Positions 11,656 to 23,275 of a DNA stretch of 64,000 bases are shown here, piece by piece; positions within the stretch are counted from its first letter, which is position 1; the number at the start of each line of letters is the position of its first letter. The position numbers were made by a program, and so were the translations under genes. Source of the stretch: Octopus sinensis (Eukaryota); contig NC_043006.1 in assembly GCF_006345805.1 (NCBI RefSeq), positions 7,998,001 to 8,062,000 of the forward strand, in the 5' to 3' direction. The notes beneath the pieces are model-generated. The model saw only the letters and a program-made list of their open reading frames with translations. It was not told the DNA's origin and did not search any database.

Positions 11656-12026
11656 GGAAGCACTCCGTCGGTTACGACGACGAAGGTTCCGGTTGATCCG
11701 ATCAACGGAACAGCCTGCTCGTGAAATTAACGTGAGCACTCCACAGACACGTGTACCCTAACGTAGTTCTCGAGGAGATTCAGCGTGACACAGATTGTGA
11801 CAAGGCCGGCCCTTTGAAATACAGGTACAACAGAAACAGGAAGTAAGAGTGAGAGAAAGTTGTGGTGAAAGAGTACAGCAGGGATCACCACCATCCCTGC
11901 CGGAGCCTCGTGGAGCTTTAGGTGTTTTCGCTCAATAAACACTCACAACGCCCGGTCTGGGAATCGAAACCGCGATCCTATGACCGCGAGTCCGCTGCCC
12001 TAACCACTGGGCCATTGCGCCTCCAC
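11656..12026 (-). mobile_element. tRNA-SINE, family C, with 12-bp TSD
   Basis: TSD actattagcatt at 11644-11655 and 12027-12038. Confidence 0.95.
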
Positions 12027-14207
12027 ACTATTAGCATTATCCTGTGTCTGAAAATTTAAAATCACTTCTTTAACTTTATGATTATATGCTTGTGAGAGTG
12101 TGGAGTTTCGTGTATGTGTGTACGAGTGAGAGCTGGTATTTGGAAAAGTTCTTAAAAAATTGGAAACACAACGGGAAAACGGTGTTCGTCATTTAAGAAT
12201 TAAGTCTAAAACAATCCAGTCAATCTTGCTGGAAATAATTACAATAAGAAGAGAAAATACAACAAACCGCTGTACGCAGAATCAGCACTGTAACAACGCC
12301 GAATGAATCGTTGATATACAAAAGATCCGTTTCATTGATCAGGTTTAAAGGAAAGTGCTGTGTCTATAGCCTTAGAGGATCAAGACCCTTCGAGACCCCT
12401 GATTTCGGTGCTATTATTTACTTTCCTGCATAATTACAGATTGATAGGTACATGAAAATCATGATCAGATGGGAGTTACAGAGTGGTTAAGTTACTTATT
12501 GGAGAAGCAGAACTAGGCGTAGGGATTAGTACCTTGTCTAGAAGGGGTGCTCCATATGAGTGAGAGGAAAAGAAGAGTGACATGGTATTCCCTAAGAAAA
12601 GGTGTTTCGAGACCAGTTCAGGCCCGAGGAGCATAGGACACTTGAGACAACAGAAAACGCAGAGTATACATCTCTTATGGAATTCCGATACAAGGTTTAT
12701 TTCTTTCGTTGCTTTACTATGGAAATTAACAAGTTTATAAAAATGAAAGGACAGTGAGTGACAGAAACCGTAAAGTGCAGGACTAAAAGTTATACGACAT
12801 TTAGTTATGTCAGAAGTTGCCAAGGTTAACTTTACTTTTCATCTTCCCGGGGCTAGTAATTTAAGAACCAATATATTCGATTTAATCTATCACCTCCACT
12901 CTTTCAAAACGTTTTGAATTTGTACTAATTTTAGAAATCACTATTATCAAAAACGTTGGACTCAAGGCTTTACAGCATTTATTTTCGCACTGGGGTTGCC
13001 TTTGATTTTCATATAATGACGGTTAATAAAGTAAGCAATACCAATATCTACTTTGCTTGATTCATTCAATTATCTTCCTGTTTTACAAGTCTTTGGCTTT
13101 GTCCAATATAAGAAATCGATATCTGATAAAGAAAAACTTATTTTCATTTATGTAACTAACTCGTGCAAATACCTGTGGGTCAGAAAAATTATAGACATAA
13201 ATGAAATGGGGGATTCCATAAAATTTCGTATAATCTACAAGGAAATAGATTCCCAAATTCTCGAATATATATTCGTTACTTTTTCTTAGCCAATTTTCAA
13301 CCAGAATCAGAAAGTTTCTATTCTTGTCAGTGTTCTATTAAGCCAGCTGCATATAGATAAGTTACCAAAGAAATTCACATAAGAAATCAAATAAATTCTT
13401 TCAATATGGTGGTGTAGACGAAGTAAGAATCGAAGCAGTCATTTAATTCCTTATATTAATGTCGATATTTTCAGCTCAACGGGTTGCTCTAATAAAAAAA
13501 GAAATATTTAGAAAAATACATTTCCTGTACAGCAAGCGACTTTTAGCTAGTGAATGTTTTGTATATTAAGATATTTGTTTCAATAGAAACATAAAAAATG
13601 TAACTTTTTGGCAACGAAAAGGTCAAGGAATATTATGCTCTAATAACAATGCTTCCCCATAATTGTATTCACAAATTATGAAAAAGTTAAAAGCAAAGTT
13701 AATGCTATTAACCATTAATTCCTACAAAAAAAATATTTAAAACAAACGTCTCAACCATTCCGCTAAAAGCCTTAATTTCTCTTTCACGATGGGTTTCTTT
13801 TTTTTACATAGGAAATATTTGAAAATGCACAATATATATATATATATATATATATATCAAATACTATTCTGGGTAGGCGTTTTGGTTTTCTTCCCAAAGA
13901 AAATTATATTAAAAAAAGTTTAAGAATAAAATGATATTGATCCAGTCGAAGTTAAGATCGAATGGATTTGGGTATTGAGGCATGAAAACTTGGCACATGC
14001 CCTAAGAGTTTCCCATCAGCGATATTGCATCTTAAGGGGAAAAAATAAATCATCAGTAAAATAACAAGTTGGCTAATATCTATAATGCAGTGTTGCTACT
14101 AGTCGATTCCAAGAGTCGGAGTTCGTATCTTGACGCCAACAGTAAAGATGTTTATGGCAAAACAGTTTGTTTTACCTTTAGAAGATAGAGGCTTACAGTG
14201 AGTACAA

Positions 14208-14471
14208 ATAATAAATAAAATAAATGTGCCCTTTTTAAAACATAGGCAGGCTCAAGGGCCCGGTTTCCCGGTTTCAATGGCGTATGTGTTCCCCAGCTGG
14301 ACGGTACGCCAGTCCATCGCAGCGTTACTCATTTTTGCCAAATGAGTGGACTGGAGCAACGTGAAATGAAGTGTTTTGCTCAAGAACACAACGCGTCACC
14401 CGGTCCAGGAGTCGAAACCACAATCTTACGATCATGATACTGACACCTTAACCAATAATCCACGCGCCTCC
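14208..14471 (-). mobile_element. tRNA-SINE, family D, with 11-bp TSD
   Basis: TSD agtgagtacaa at 14197-14207 and 14476-14486. Confidence 0.93.
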
Positions 14472-14825
14472 ACAGAGTGAGTACAACTTTGCTTAATCTA
14501 TGGGATCAAATACAAGCTTAGTGCAGAACTGAGACTCGTGCAGCCTTAAAGGGTTCAGGGACTCGGTTGATCTGTAGTTGCAACAACTAAATGGTTCATG
14601 TAACTATATTCCTGTATAGGACTTGTGGCTATTCATCTCCTCCCTATGACTGCACTATGTTTTTGGGCGGAGTAATTATATATAACTAACTCCACTTTCA
14701 AAATGCTACAGAGGAAAGAGGATTAGTTTGACGCAATTTCGGTTCTCTGATAACTACATGTGAACTACCTCTGACTTTGGAATTGCTTGAATATCATAAA
14801 ACCTCAATATTGTTAAATGTAGACT

Positions 14826-15260
14826 TACTCTTTTACTCTTTTACATGTTTCAGACATTTGACTGCGGCCATGCTGGAGCACCACCTTTAGTCGAGCAAAT
14901 CGACCCCAGGACTTATTCTTTGTAAGCCTAGTATTTATTCTATAGGTGTCTATTTCCGAACCGCTAAGTTACGGGCACGTAAACACACCAGCATCGGTTG
15001 TCAACCGATGTTGGGGGGACAAACACAGACAAACAAACGTATACACACAAATATACATATATATATATATATATACACACATGCATACATATATATACGA
15101 CGGGCTTCTTTCAGTTTCCGTCTACCAAATCCGCTACCAAATCCACTCACAAGGCCCGCGGCTATAGTAGAAGACATGCTCAAGGTGCCACGCAGTGGGA
15201 CTGAACCCGGAACAATGTGGTTAGTAAACAAGCTACTTACCACACAGCCACTCCTACGCC
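14826..15260 (-). mobile_element. tRNA-SINE, family B (internal TA/TG microsatellite)
   Basis: Head ggcgtaggagtggctgtgtggtaag, B-box gggttcagtcc, tail (AAAAGAGT)n. Confidence 0.93.
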
Positions 15261-16119
15261 TTATTCATAAATAACCAATAAATCTTGCCTGAGTTCTTCA
15301 AATTGAAAATGATGTTACTAAATCCCCCCCCACACCGGTCGTGTATTCTGTTTATGCATTTGTAACGTGTTCGGAATTTCTCAGATTTACTGAAATTATT
15401 GGTGCGTTTTTGTAGCTTGAATTACAACAGCTTGAATCACAGACTCAATGGGTTGTAGGAATCGTTGTGGTAACTGAGTCAGTAATAGTGGCGATGATGA
15501 TGGTGCGGTTGTAATAGGAATAACTTTAGTAAACTGATGCTAAACAGCGACTTCCTTCCCTACTCGTCCAACTTCACGAGCCACCGACTTGGTCTATCAG
15601 ATCTACACCTGCTTCCGTCTGCAGAATATATTTATTTCTCATCCTAACTGATAACAATGACCATCGTGAACAAAACACCGATTCCGTTGGAAATCAAACT
15701 CACTGTTCCTTTCTCTGCATTTGACCAATATTCTCGTTCGAAAATCTTACTGAAAAGAATTGTTAACCTTGCTTAAACTACCTCAAGAAATTTCGCGTAC
15801 TTTATATGACAAAAACTATCGGCTTCTGCAGAGCTAAATATTGATTTCTAATAACAAATTCCAGTGTCATTTTGTGTGTCGGGAAATTGATTGAACTAAC
15901 CCAAATATACAATATTATACGAAAGATAACACACTACCCACCTCCATACAGTATTTTTTCTTTTTCTGTTGAATTCATTTACGTCGCTAATGTATTTGTA
16001 GGACGTAAAATTATTACTTTTCTTATTAGCATCATCAAATTATAATAACAGAAAACAATATCTACAGATCATCTCTTCTGTATAGAATACACAACTTAAT
16101 CTTCACTCAGAATAGTGGT

Positions 16120-16127
16120 GTATGTGC

Positions 16128-16160
<33 letters not shown>

Positions 16161-16260
16161 ATATATATATAAATGGTCTATTCTCCCTACCACTCTTTTT
16201 TTCTCTCCTGAATATAAGTAACAAAAGCTTACAATTACTCTGGTTCAAAGCCTTTCTTTA

Positions 16261-16293
<33 letters not shown>

Positions 16294-16500
16294 ATCTATC
16301 TCTATCTCTCTCTTTCTCTCTGTTTCTTTCTTTCTCTCTCTCTATCTCTCTTTCTACCTCATTCTTTCTCTTTTTCTTTCTCTCTCTTTCTGTCTTTCTT
16401 TTTCTTTCCCCCTTTCTCTCTCTCTTTCTCACTCTCCCTTCTCTCCCCTTTCTCTCTCTTTCTCTCTCACTCTCTCTTCTTTCACACTCATACAAAAACA
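16120..16500. repeat. (TA)n tract followed by a long (CT)-rich polypyrimidine tract
   Basis: Direct inspection; explains ORFs 16115-16561 and 16292-16522. Confidence 0.93.
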
Positions 16501-16884
16501 GTTGCTTTCTCTGCCGTCCCACTTCAAACTACCCCAAACCCCTACGATTTTTCGGTCATAATTCTTCGTGAATTGATGTCCTATCTTACTTCGTCTCTCT
16601 CTCTCTCTTCAATCAACACATGAAGACATTTGGATGTCACCAAAGCTGCTGACGCTAAGTCTCGCAGTTCTTCTAGGCTTTCACACTACTTACTGACTCA
16701 TACACATCTCCTTAACCTTTACAGATTTCTTGGGCTTTCATAGTTCCCCTTTACTCTCACAATTCTCCATGACTTTCACTCCCATCTCATATTGCCAGTA
16801 CAGAAACTTAAACTTTTGTAATCTCCAAATCTTCTCTACATTATCGTCTCTTAAATTTTTATAACACTCAGGCGCTTCCGTTTT

Positions 16885-17292
16885 CTTTTACTCTTTTACT
16901 TGTTTCAGTCATTTCACTGTGGCCATGCTAGAGCACCGCCTTTTAGTCAATCGAGCAAATCGACCCCAGGACTTATTCTTTGTGAGCCTAGTACTTATTC
17001 CATCCATTTCTTTTGCCGAACCGCTAAGTTACGGGGACGTAAACACACCAGCATCGGTTGCCAAGCGATGTTGGGGGAACAAACACAGACACACAAACAT
17101 ATACACACACATACACATATATATGCATATATACGACGGGCTTCTTTCAGTTTCCGTCTACCAAATCCACTCACAAGGCTCTGGTCGGCCCGAGGCTATA
17201 GTAGAAGACACTTGCCCAAGGTACCACGCAGAGGGGCTGAACCCGAACAATTCGGCTCGTAAGCAAGCTACTTACCACAGAGCCACTCCTAT
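16885..17292 (-). mobile_element. tRNA-SINE, family B
   Basis: Collinear with 14826-15260. Confidence 0.92.
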
Positions 17293-17312
17293 TCCTATAC
17301 TAATACTTTATC

Positions 17313-17489
17313 TCGTCTGTCGTTACGTTCTGAGTTCAAATTCCGCCGAGGTCGACTTTGCCTTTCATCCTCTCGGGGTCGATAAATAAAGTACCAGTTT
17401 CGCACTGGGTCGAAGTAATCGACTTAATCCCTTTGTCTGTCCTTGTTTGTCCCCTCTATGCTTAGCCCCTTGTGGGTAGTAAAGAAATA
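17313..17489 (+). mobile_element. 5'-truncated family A SINE with 17-bp TSD
   Basis: TSD tatactaatactttatc at 17296-17312 and 17490-17506. Confidence 0.93.
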
Positions 17490-18374
17490 TATACTAATAC
17501 TTTATCAATGACCTCTTGCTAAAATTAAATATACCACAAAAAATTGCCACCGTTAAGTTCATCGCCAAGAAAGGCTTTTTGCACAAATGTTCTTTGATCG
17601 TTTTGTCTAATATTACCACACGATTCACACGCGGGATAACAACTGAAAATATGCTTGAAAATTAAGCAATCTGTTGCCTTTCCATCGCCTTTGTCCCCAG
17701 TATTCATGTAAAATTTTCCACTGCCATCGAGGATTAGTATCTCCTACTTTGAGAAGTACTCCTTTACACCAACTAGTATTCTTACACGTATCCAAACCGA
17801 CACACGCCCAGTATCCTTGATCTCTTTCTCTCCACCTAGACTACAGTTTTGCTTCTGTACCTGTCATTCTCGACTCTAAGGTGAGATTTTTTCACCTGCC
17901 GAAAGTTATTAATTCCCTAGAAATGTCATGAAAATCACGCAATCTCATTTTCACCTTTCATAATTCAATCAAAATAAAAAAGGCATCAGTAATTTATATT
18001 TTCTTCCAGTTACAATCTAAAACACTGGAAATAAAAATACAAAATACCATGAGGCCGTGATTCGTTCTAAATCAAATAATCAAATACTAAAAGAAATATT
18101 TATTTTAAATATGAATTTAATTGTATTTTCCCAACAAATTTCGGTCTCTTAAAATATTCAGTGATTTTCAAGCAGTTATTGATATCGAATAAAATACTCA
18201 TCCTATCGACAAATTCACGAACAATCTTGATACACAAGCAGATTAAAATGCTATTCTCATTAGCTTTGGGTTCTCTGGGGAAATTTTAGTAAAACTATTA
18301 ATCCAATTAATTACCAAACAATTTATCTAGTTATCTAGTGTAAAATTTGCCTCTTTTCTATGTTTATGTTTGTA

Positions 18375-18378
18375 CTTA

Positions 18379-18451
<73 letters not shown>

Positions 18452-18464
18452 ATATATATACATA

Positions 18465-18498
<34 letters not shown>

Positions 18499-18730
18499 AA
18501 AAATATATACACACGTGTATACATGAATGTGAGCGTCCGTGAGTGTATGAGTGTGTATGTATATGTGTATATTTATATGTAGTTATATATATAATATATA
18601 TATATATAATATATATATATATGTAATGTATATGTGTGTATGTGTGTGAGTGCGTGTGTATAAATGTACATAGATATGTCCACGTAAACGCATAATATGC
18701 ATACATATATAAGCATATACGTATATATAA

Positions 18731-18778
<48 letters not shown>

Positions 18779-18826
18779 GGATATACATATATATGTGTGA
18801 GTGTGTGTGTTTGTGTGTAGGGATGT

Positions 18827-18879
<53 letters not shown>

Positions 18880-18905
18880 GTATGTATATATGTGTGTGTG
18901 TGTAA
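18375..18905. repeat. Compound (TA)n/(TG)n microsatellite field
   Basis: Direct inspection. Confidence 0.95.
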
Positions 18906-19410
18906 ACGGAGTTAGCGGTTATAGTAACCGGCTAAGAGATAAAATATCCGTATATACTATCGGTATCCGTTACCTGTTTTACCCTTTTACCCTCCGGGCA
19001 ATGGTGTGCAGGCACACCATACACGTAGAGTGCAGATAACAAAAGGATATACAAGAGAACTAACTCTTTTACCTACCGACACTGTAACCCTGATGGCAAA
19101 TAATTATTTGCTCTTAACATATTGAACCTCCTGACTATTTGTCTTAGCCATGTTTTTCTTTTGTTTATATTGTATGCTCTTGTTTTTCATTCTGCTGAAG
19201 ATCCGTTGCCTTATTTCGAATGCCCTATGAGATGAAGAACTTTATTCTCGCATTTATGTATAGACTACATTCCGGCAATCCGATCAGTAACGGCCGTAAG
19301 ATATTTTACGCCACCTGTTTTGTTATGTCATGCTCTGTATTAAAAAATAAGCTTAAATGTAAATGTGGTCCAATCGATGTGTTGGTCAATCTGTGGTTTT
19401 CTACATTTTC

Positions 19411-19446
<36 letters not shown>

Positions 19447-19527
19447 AAAAATACAAACTGGGACATTGATAAAATGGTAAGACAAAAGAATGAAAGAGAC
19501 CTCGATATTATGTAAATAGAGGATTTT

Positions 19528-19831
19528 ATCTGTAAATGTAATATGTGACAATTATTCGGTAGCCATGACAAAACTCCGAGTTTCGGATGCAGAGGTGAAA
19601 ATCCACGCTGCCATCTCTTCAGTTATCTGGCCATCGGAAAAATGCTATGAGAAATGAGTGTTATACAAAGGTCAATCACACAGTAATTTTCCTTGTATAA
19701 CATTCAGTTTTCAAAGCATTTTCCGATGGCCAGATAACTGAAGAGATGGCGGCGTGGATTTCCACTTCGGCGTCCGAAACTCGGAGTTTTATCATGGCTA
19801 CCGAATAATTGTCACATATTCATTTACAGAT
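19528..19831. mobile_element. Fold-back pair of PLE-like terminal repeats, each with a hammerhead motif (19562-19631 minus, 19729-19798 plus)
   Basis: ~140-bp inverted arms; gccagataa-CTGAAGA-stem II-GAA-ACTCGGAGT-T-ttatcatggc. Confidence 0.72.
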
Positions 19832-20070
19832 ATATATATATATATCTATATATATATATATATAATATATATTATATTATTATATATATATTATATATAT
19901 ATATTATATATATATCTATATATATATAAGTAGTTGTGAATTATCTTAGTTATGGATAATTCGGTTACCGATACCTGGGTAGCAATTCACGTCAGAAAAC
20001 ACGGTTGAAGCTACATGCCAAGGGCAGAAATCACGTGCTTTCTTGTGGAAATTTGTGTGTGTTTTTTTAA

Positions 20071-20324
20071 TACAAATAAATGAAAGAATGGAGTGAACGA
20101 CGATTTAACAACATTCCTTTATTCTCGACATGTTTCGAAGGCTGCATATGCAGCCTTCGAAAGATTTTTATCTGTGGGGATATCTCAAGAATAATGTTTA
20201 CCAGAACAACACTCAAACGATTGTTGAACTGATGGTAGCAATCACAGCAGAAATCAGAAACATATGTCGAGAATAAGGAATTTTGTTAAATCGTCGTTCA
20301 ACTCCATTCTTTCATTTATTTGTA
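20071..20324. mobile_element. Inverted repeat enclosing a 30-bp perfect palindrome and a Tc1/mariner transposase fragment
   Basis: Arms 20071-20136 and 20257-20324; 20163-20261 translates DFYLWGYLKNNVYQNNTQTIVELMVAITAEIRN. Confidence 0.8.
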
Positions 20325-20458
20325 TATATATATATAGCAAAATTTAGGAACGGCCATAATAGGCCGTTCAACCCACTAGAAATAGCAGCCAAGGCTTCAA
20401 CCGCAAAACAATATTAATTCCGTAACCAGGAGAAATTTTAAAAACATTTACCCTGTAA

Positions 20459-20560
20459 TACCTTATACAATGCATCGTTTCGTCTATTTTTTAATGTAAA
20501 TCAACTTGATTAATTAAATCAAGCTAATCTTCCATAGGCCAATAATTCATCAGTAAGGTA
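20459..20560 (-). ncRNA. Type I hammerhead ribozyme motif with extended stem II, within a PLE-like repeat (~20335-20790)
   Basis: Minus strand: tacctta-CTGATGA-[~65-nt stem II containing a 13-bp hairpin]-GAA-ACGATGCATTGT-A-taaggta; 7-bp perfect stem I and GUA triplet. The base of stem II is damaged. Confidence 0.7.
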
Positions 20561-20780
20561 AGCCAGACGGGACAGATATTTGCACGAGGCAGCACCACTA
20601 CTGTCTCGCTATATCTGACCTAAAATTTTCAAATCATCGTACTCGCGCCAATTTATCGGCAGCAAATATAAGCTGCCGATTCCATTTCGGAATTAAACAG
20701 AACATTCATAATTAATCAATATAGGGTGGCAAAAAAAATTCAGCAGAAATTATTTGCCACCAGCGGCCAAAATAAATATA

Positions 20781-20833
<53 letters not shown>

Positions 20834-20854
20834 TATATATATATATATATATAT

Positions 20855-21740
20855 CGTGGATTCACCTGTGGTAGACGACAGATGAGGGTTCCGCAAAACT
20901 TGAAGAACAGCCAGCATAGATGATTTGTTTATCAGGATGAAATGCTTGTGCTGATCATCGTGGCAACCTGTCATGTTGCCTTGTTTTTAGTTCTTTTTTT
21001 ATTCATCTTCAATTTTTGCGATATTTTGCCTTGGGTAGGGAGACCACAACGGCGTATTGAAGGTGAGGACGAGCGAAGGTAGAGAAGGATAATGGTAGGA
21101 GAGTCTCCACACCGGAGACTCCTGGGGATCCAGAAGCACGTCCTACAGGCCATGTCGGATTCCCCGTTTTACGAGCACACGATCTTAAATTGTTGACATT
21201 TTCTCTGAGACCTCCAGCAGTGCTTGATATCAAGAGGTCTTATCCCGGGAGAAGAGTGTATAATTTGTTTTTAGATATAACGGGTTCACAATAACTATTG
21301 TAGAATGGGACAATTTTGAGTCCTGTAAGAAAATGGCAACTCCTCCCATTAACAGTCGGTGAGGCCCCCGCCAATCATAGTAAAAATTCTCATTTTAACT
21401 TCAGCTTGCAAGTGAGAGCTGTCATCGTGGATCTCAGTAAGGATGAAGAAATGAATTTGATAAGGATGGTCAGTAACCCAGTATTCAATTAATTGATTCG
21501 TCCATCTTTTGCATTGAAGGGTAGACTGATGCCTTGTGCATTCATCAAGAATGCCGGGACTGGAGTAGTGGCTTGATTACACGTTTTAAGGGGTCTCGAA
21601 AGAGAATTCTGACTCAATAACAGCTGGGAGGATAGGTTTTGCAGTGGGGTAGGGAAAGAGGTTGATGCTGTGTGATAGCCAAGATACTTTTCTGAATCTC
21701 CGTTGCTATGCGATGCGTGGATAAAAAAGAATTTACCTGG
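20855..21740 (-). mobile_element. Decayed, internally deleted CR1-type LINE
   Basis: Minus-strand fragments FFILTE (21433-21450) and GGVAIFLQD (21320-21346) are AP-endonuclease motifs; STFARPHLQYAVVV (~21040-21085) is the post-RT RPxLEY motif. Confidence 0.65.
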
Positions 21741-21763
21741 TTAAGAAATATTTGATAGCTGAA

Positions 21764-22193
21764 GGCGCAGGAGTGGTTGTGTAGTAAGTAGCTTGCTTAC
21801 GAACCACATGGTTCTGCGTTTAGTCCCACTGCGTGGCACCTTGGGCAACTGTATTCTACTATAGCCTCGGGCCGACCAAAGCATTGTGAGTGGATTTGGT
21901 AGACGGAAACTGAAAGAAGCCTGTCGTATGTATGTATATATATATATATGTGTGTGTGTATATGTGTGTGCGTGTGTGTATATTTGTGTGTCTGTGTTTG
22001 TCCCCCTCCCCAACATCCCTTGACAACCGATGCTGGTGTGTTTACCTGCTCGTAAATTAGCGGTTCGGCAAAAGAGACCGATAGAATAAGTACTAGGCTT
22101 AAAAAAATGAATAAGTTCTGGGGTCGATTTGCTCGACTACAGGCGGTGCTCCAGCATGGCCACAGTAAAAACGATTGAAACAAGTAAAAGAGT
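21764..22193 (+). mobile_element. tRNA-SINE, family B
   Basis: Full head-to-tail match to the other family B copies. Confidence 0.93.
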
Positions 22194-22997
22194 AAAAAAA
22201 AAAGAGAGAGAGAGAGTAAGTTGTGATTTCACTGATAGTGGGTCGGTTGTTTGTTTTGTTATTTTTCCAACTCAATGGTTTCCAGCTTCCCGAGTTGTTG
22301 GAAAAGTTCGTAACGGAGTCGTTGATATTGTTTTTGTTTTTGTTCCTTCTGAGTGCTTTCTTGATACCCGAGTTGTAGGAAGAGAATGTGCCGGGTACTG
22401 CTGCTATAGATTACATATTTATGGATATTTTCGTGTTGGATGGGACCCCCGGGGAGACGCATGAACATACAGACTTGCTGTAGACATAGTCCCGCATGAA
22501 TAGCAGCAGATTTTAGCGTTACAATTTGATTATAATTTTTGTTGATGGAGCTGCTGAAGTAAAAATGCTGTGGGTGAATTAATTAATTAATTAATTAATT
22601 AATTAATTGAGCGTCCAATCTCTGAGAGATGAGTGAAATTGCAGTCACAGTGTGTGCATAGACTCGCGCGCAAAGAATGGTGGTATATTTTTTGGATTTC
22701 GATTTAGAAGTGTGGGGGTGTTTTAAGGTGCAATGGATTGTAAATATTTTTAGGTTTAGATTTGTTTGACTTTGATGACATTGAGAACAGTGATGGTTGG
22801 GGCGGAAGAAAGAAAGCGTGGTTGAAGTTGGACACTTGCAGAAATAGTGGTTGAGTTTGGTAGCGTTGGGGCAGTGGTGATGGGGGGTGGCAGAAGAAGG
22901 GTGGATGATATTTGGTCACCGAGAATAGTTGTAGCAATAAAAGAAGGAGAAGAAGAAGAAGATTGTAGCAGTAATGCTGGTGTCAATGATGATGATA

Positions 22998-23043
<46 letters not shown>

Positions 23044-23275
23044 TATTTCTTTACTACCCACATGGGGCTAAACACAGAGGGGACAAACAAGGACAGACAA
23101 ACGGATTAAGTCGATTACATCGACCCCAGTGGGTAACTGGTACTTATTTAATCGACCCCGAAAGGATGAAAGACAAAGTCGACCTCGGCGGAATTTGAAC
23201 TCAGGACGTAACGGCAGACGAAATACGGCTACGCATTTCGCCTGGCGTGCTAACGTTTCTGCCAGCTCGCCGCCT
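23044..23275 (-). mobile_element. tRNA-SINE, family A, full length
   Basis: Collinear with 2269-2500. Confidence 0.93.

Larger units (their letters stand above)
11454..12068. mobile_element. Inverted-repeat (MITE-like) element enclosing a tRNA-like gene; right arm split by a later SINE
   Basis: Left arm 11454-11514 versus right arm 11625-11655 plus 12039-12068: 53 of 61 positions identical, all 8 differences transitions. Confidence 0.75.

Noticed and set aside
12440-12860. Purine-rich stretch that might be a LINE RT relic
   Set aside because: No convincing motif could be read in any frame.
13140-13235. Possible minus-strand exon (ttccttgtag ... cacag|gtattt)
   Set aside because: AT-rich, two open frames, no recognisable peptide and a weak donor.
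18327-18915. Many YI/IY-rich ORFs here and at 4.0k, 25.5-26.2k, 34.9-37.6k and 62.4k
   Set aside because: Translations of (TA)n/(TG)n microsatellites, which lack stops in these frames.
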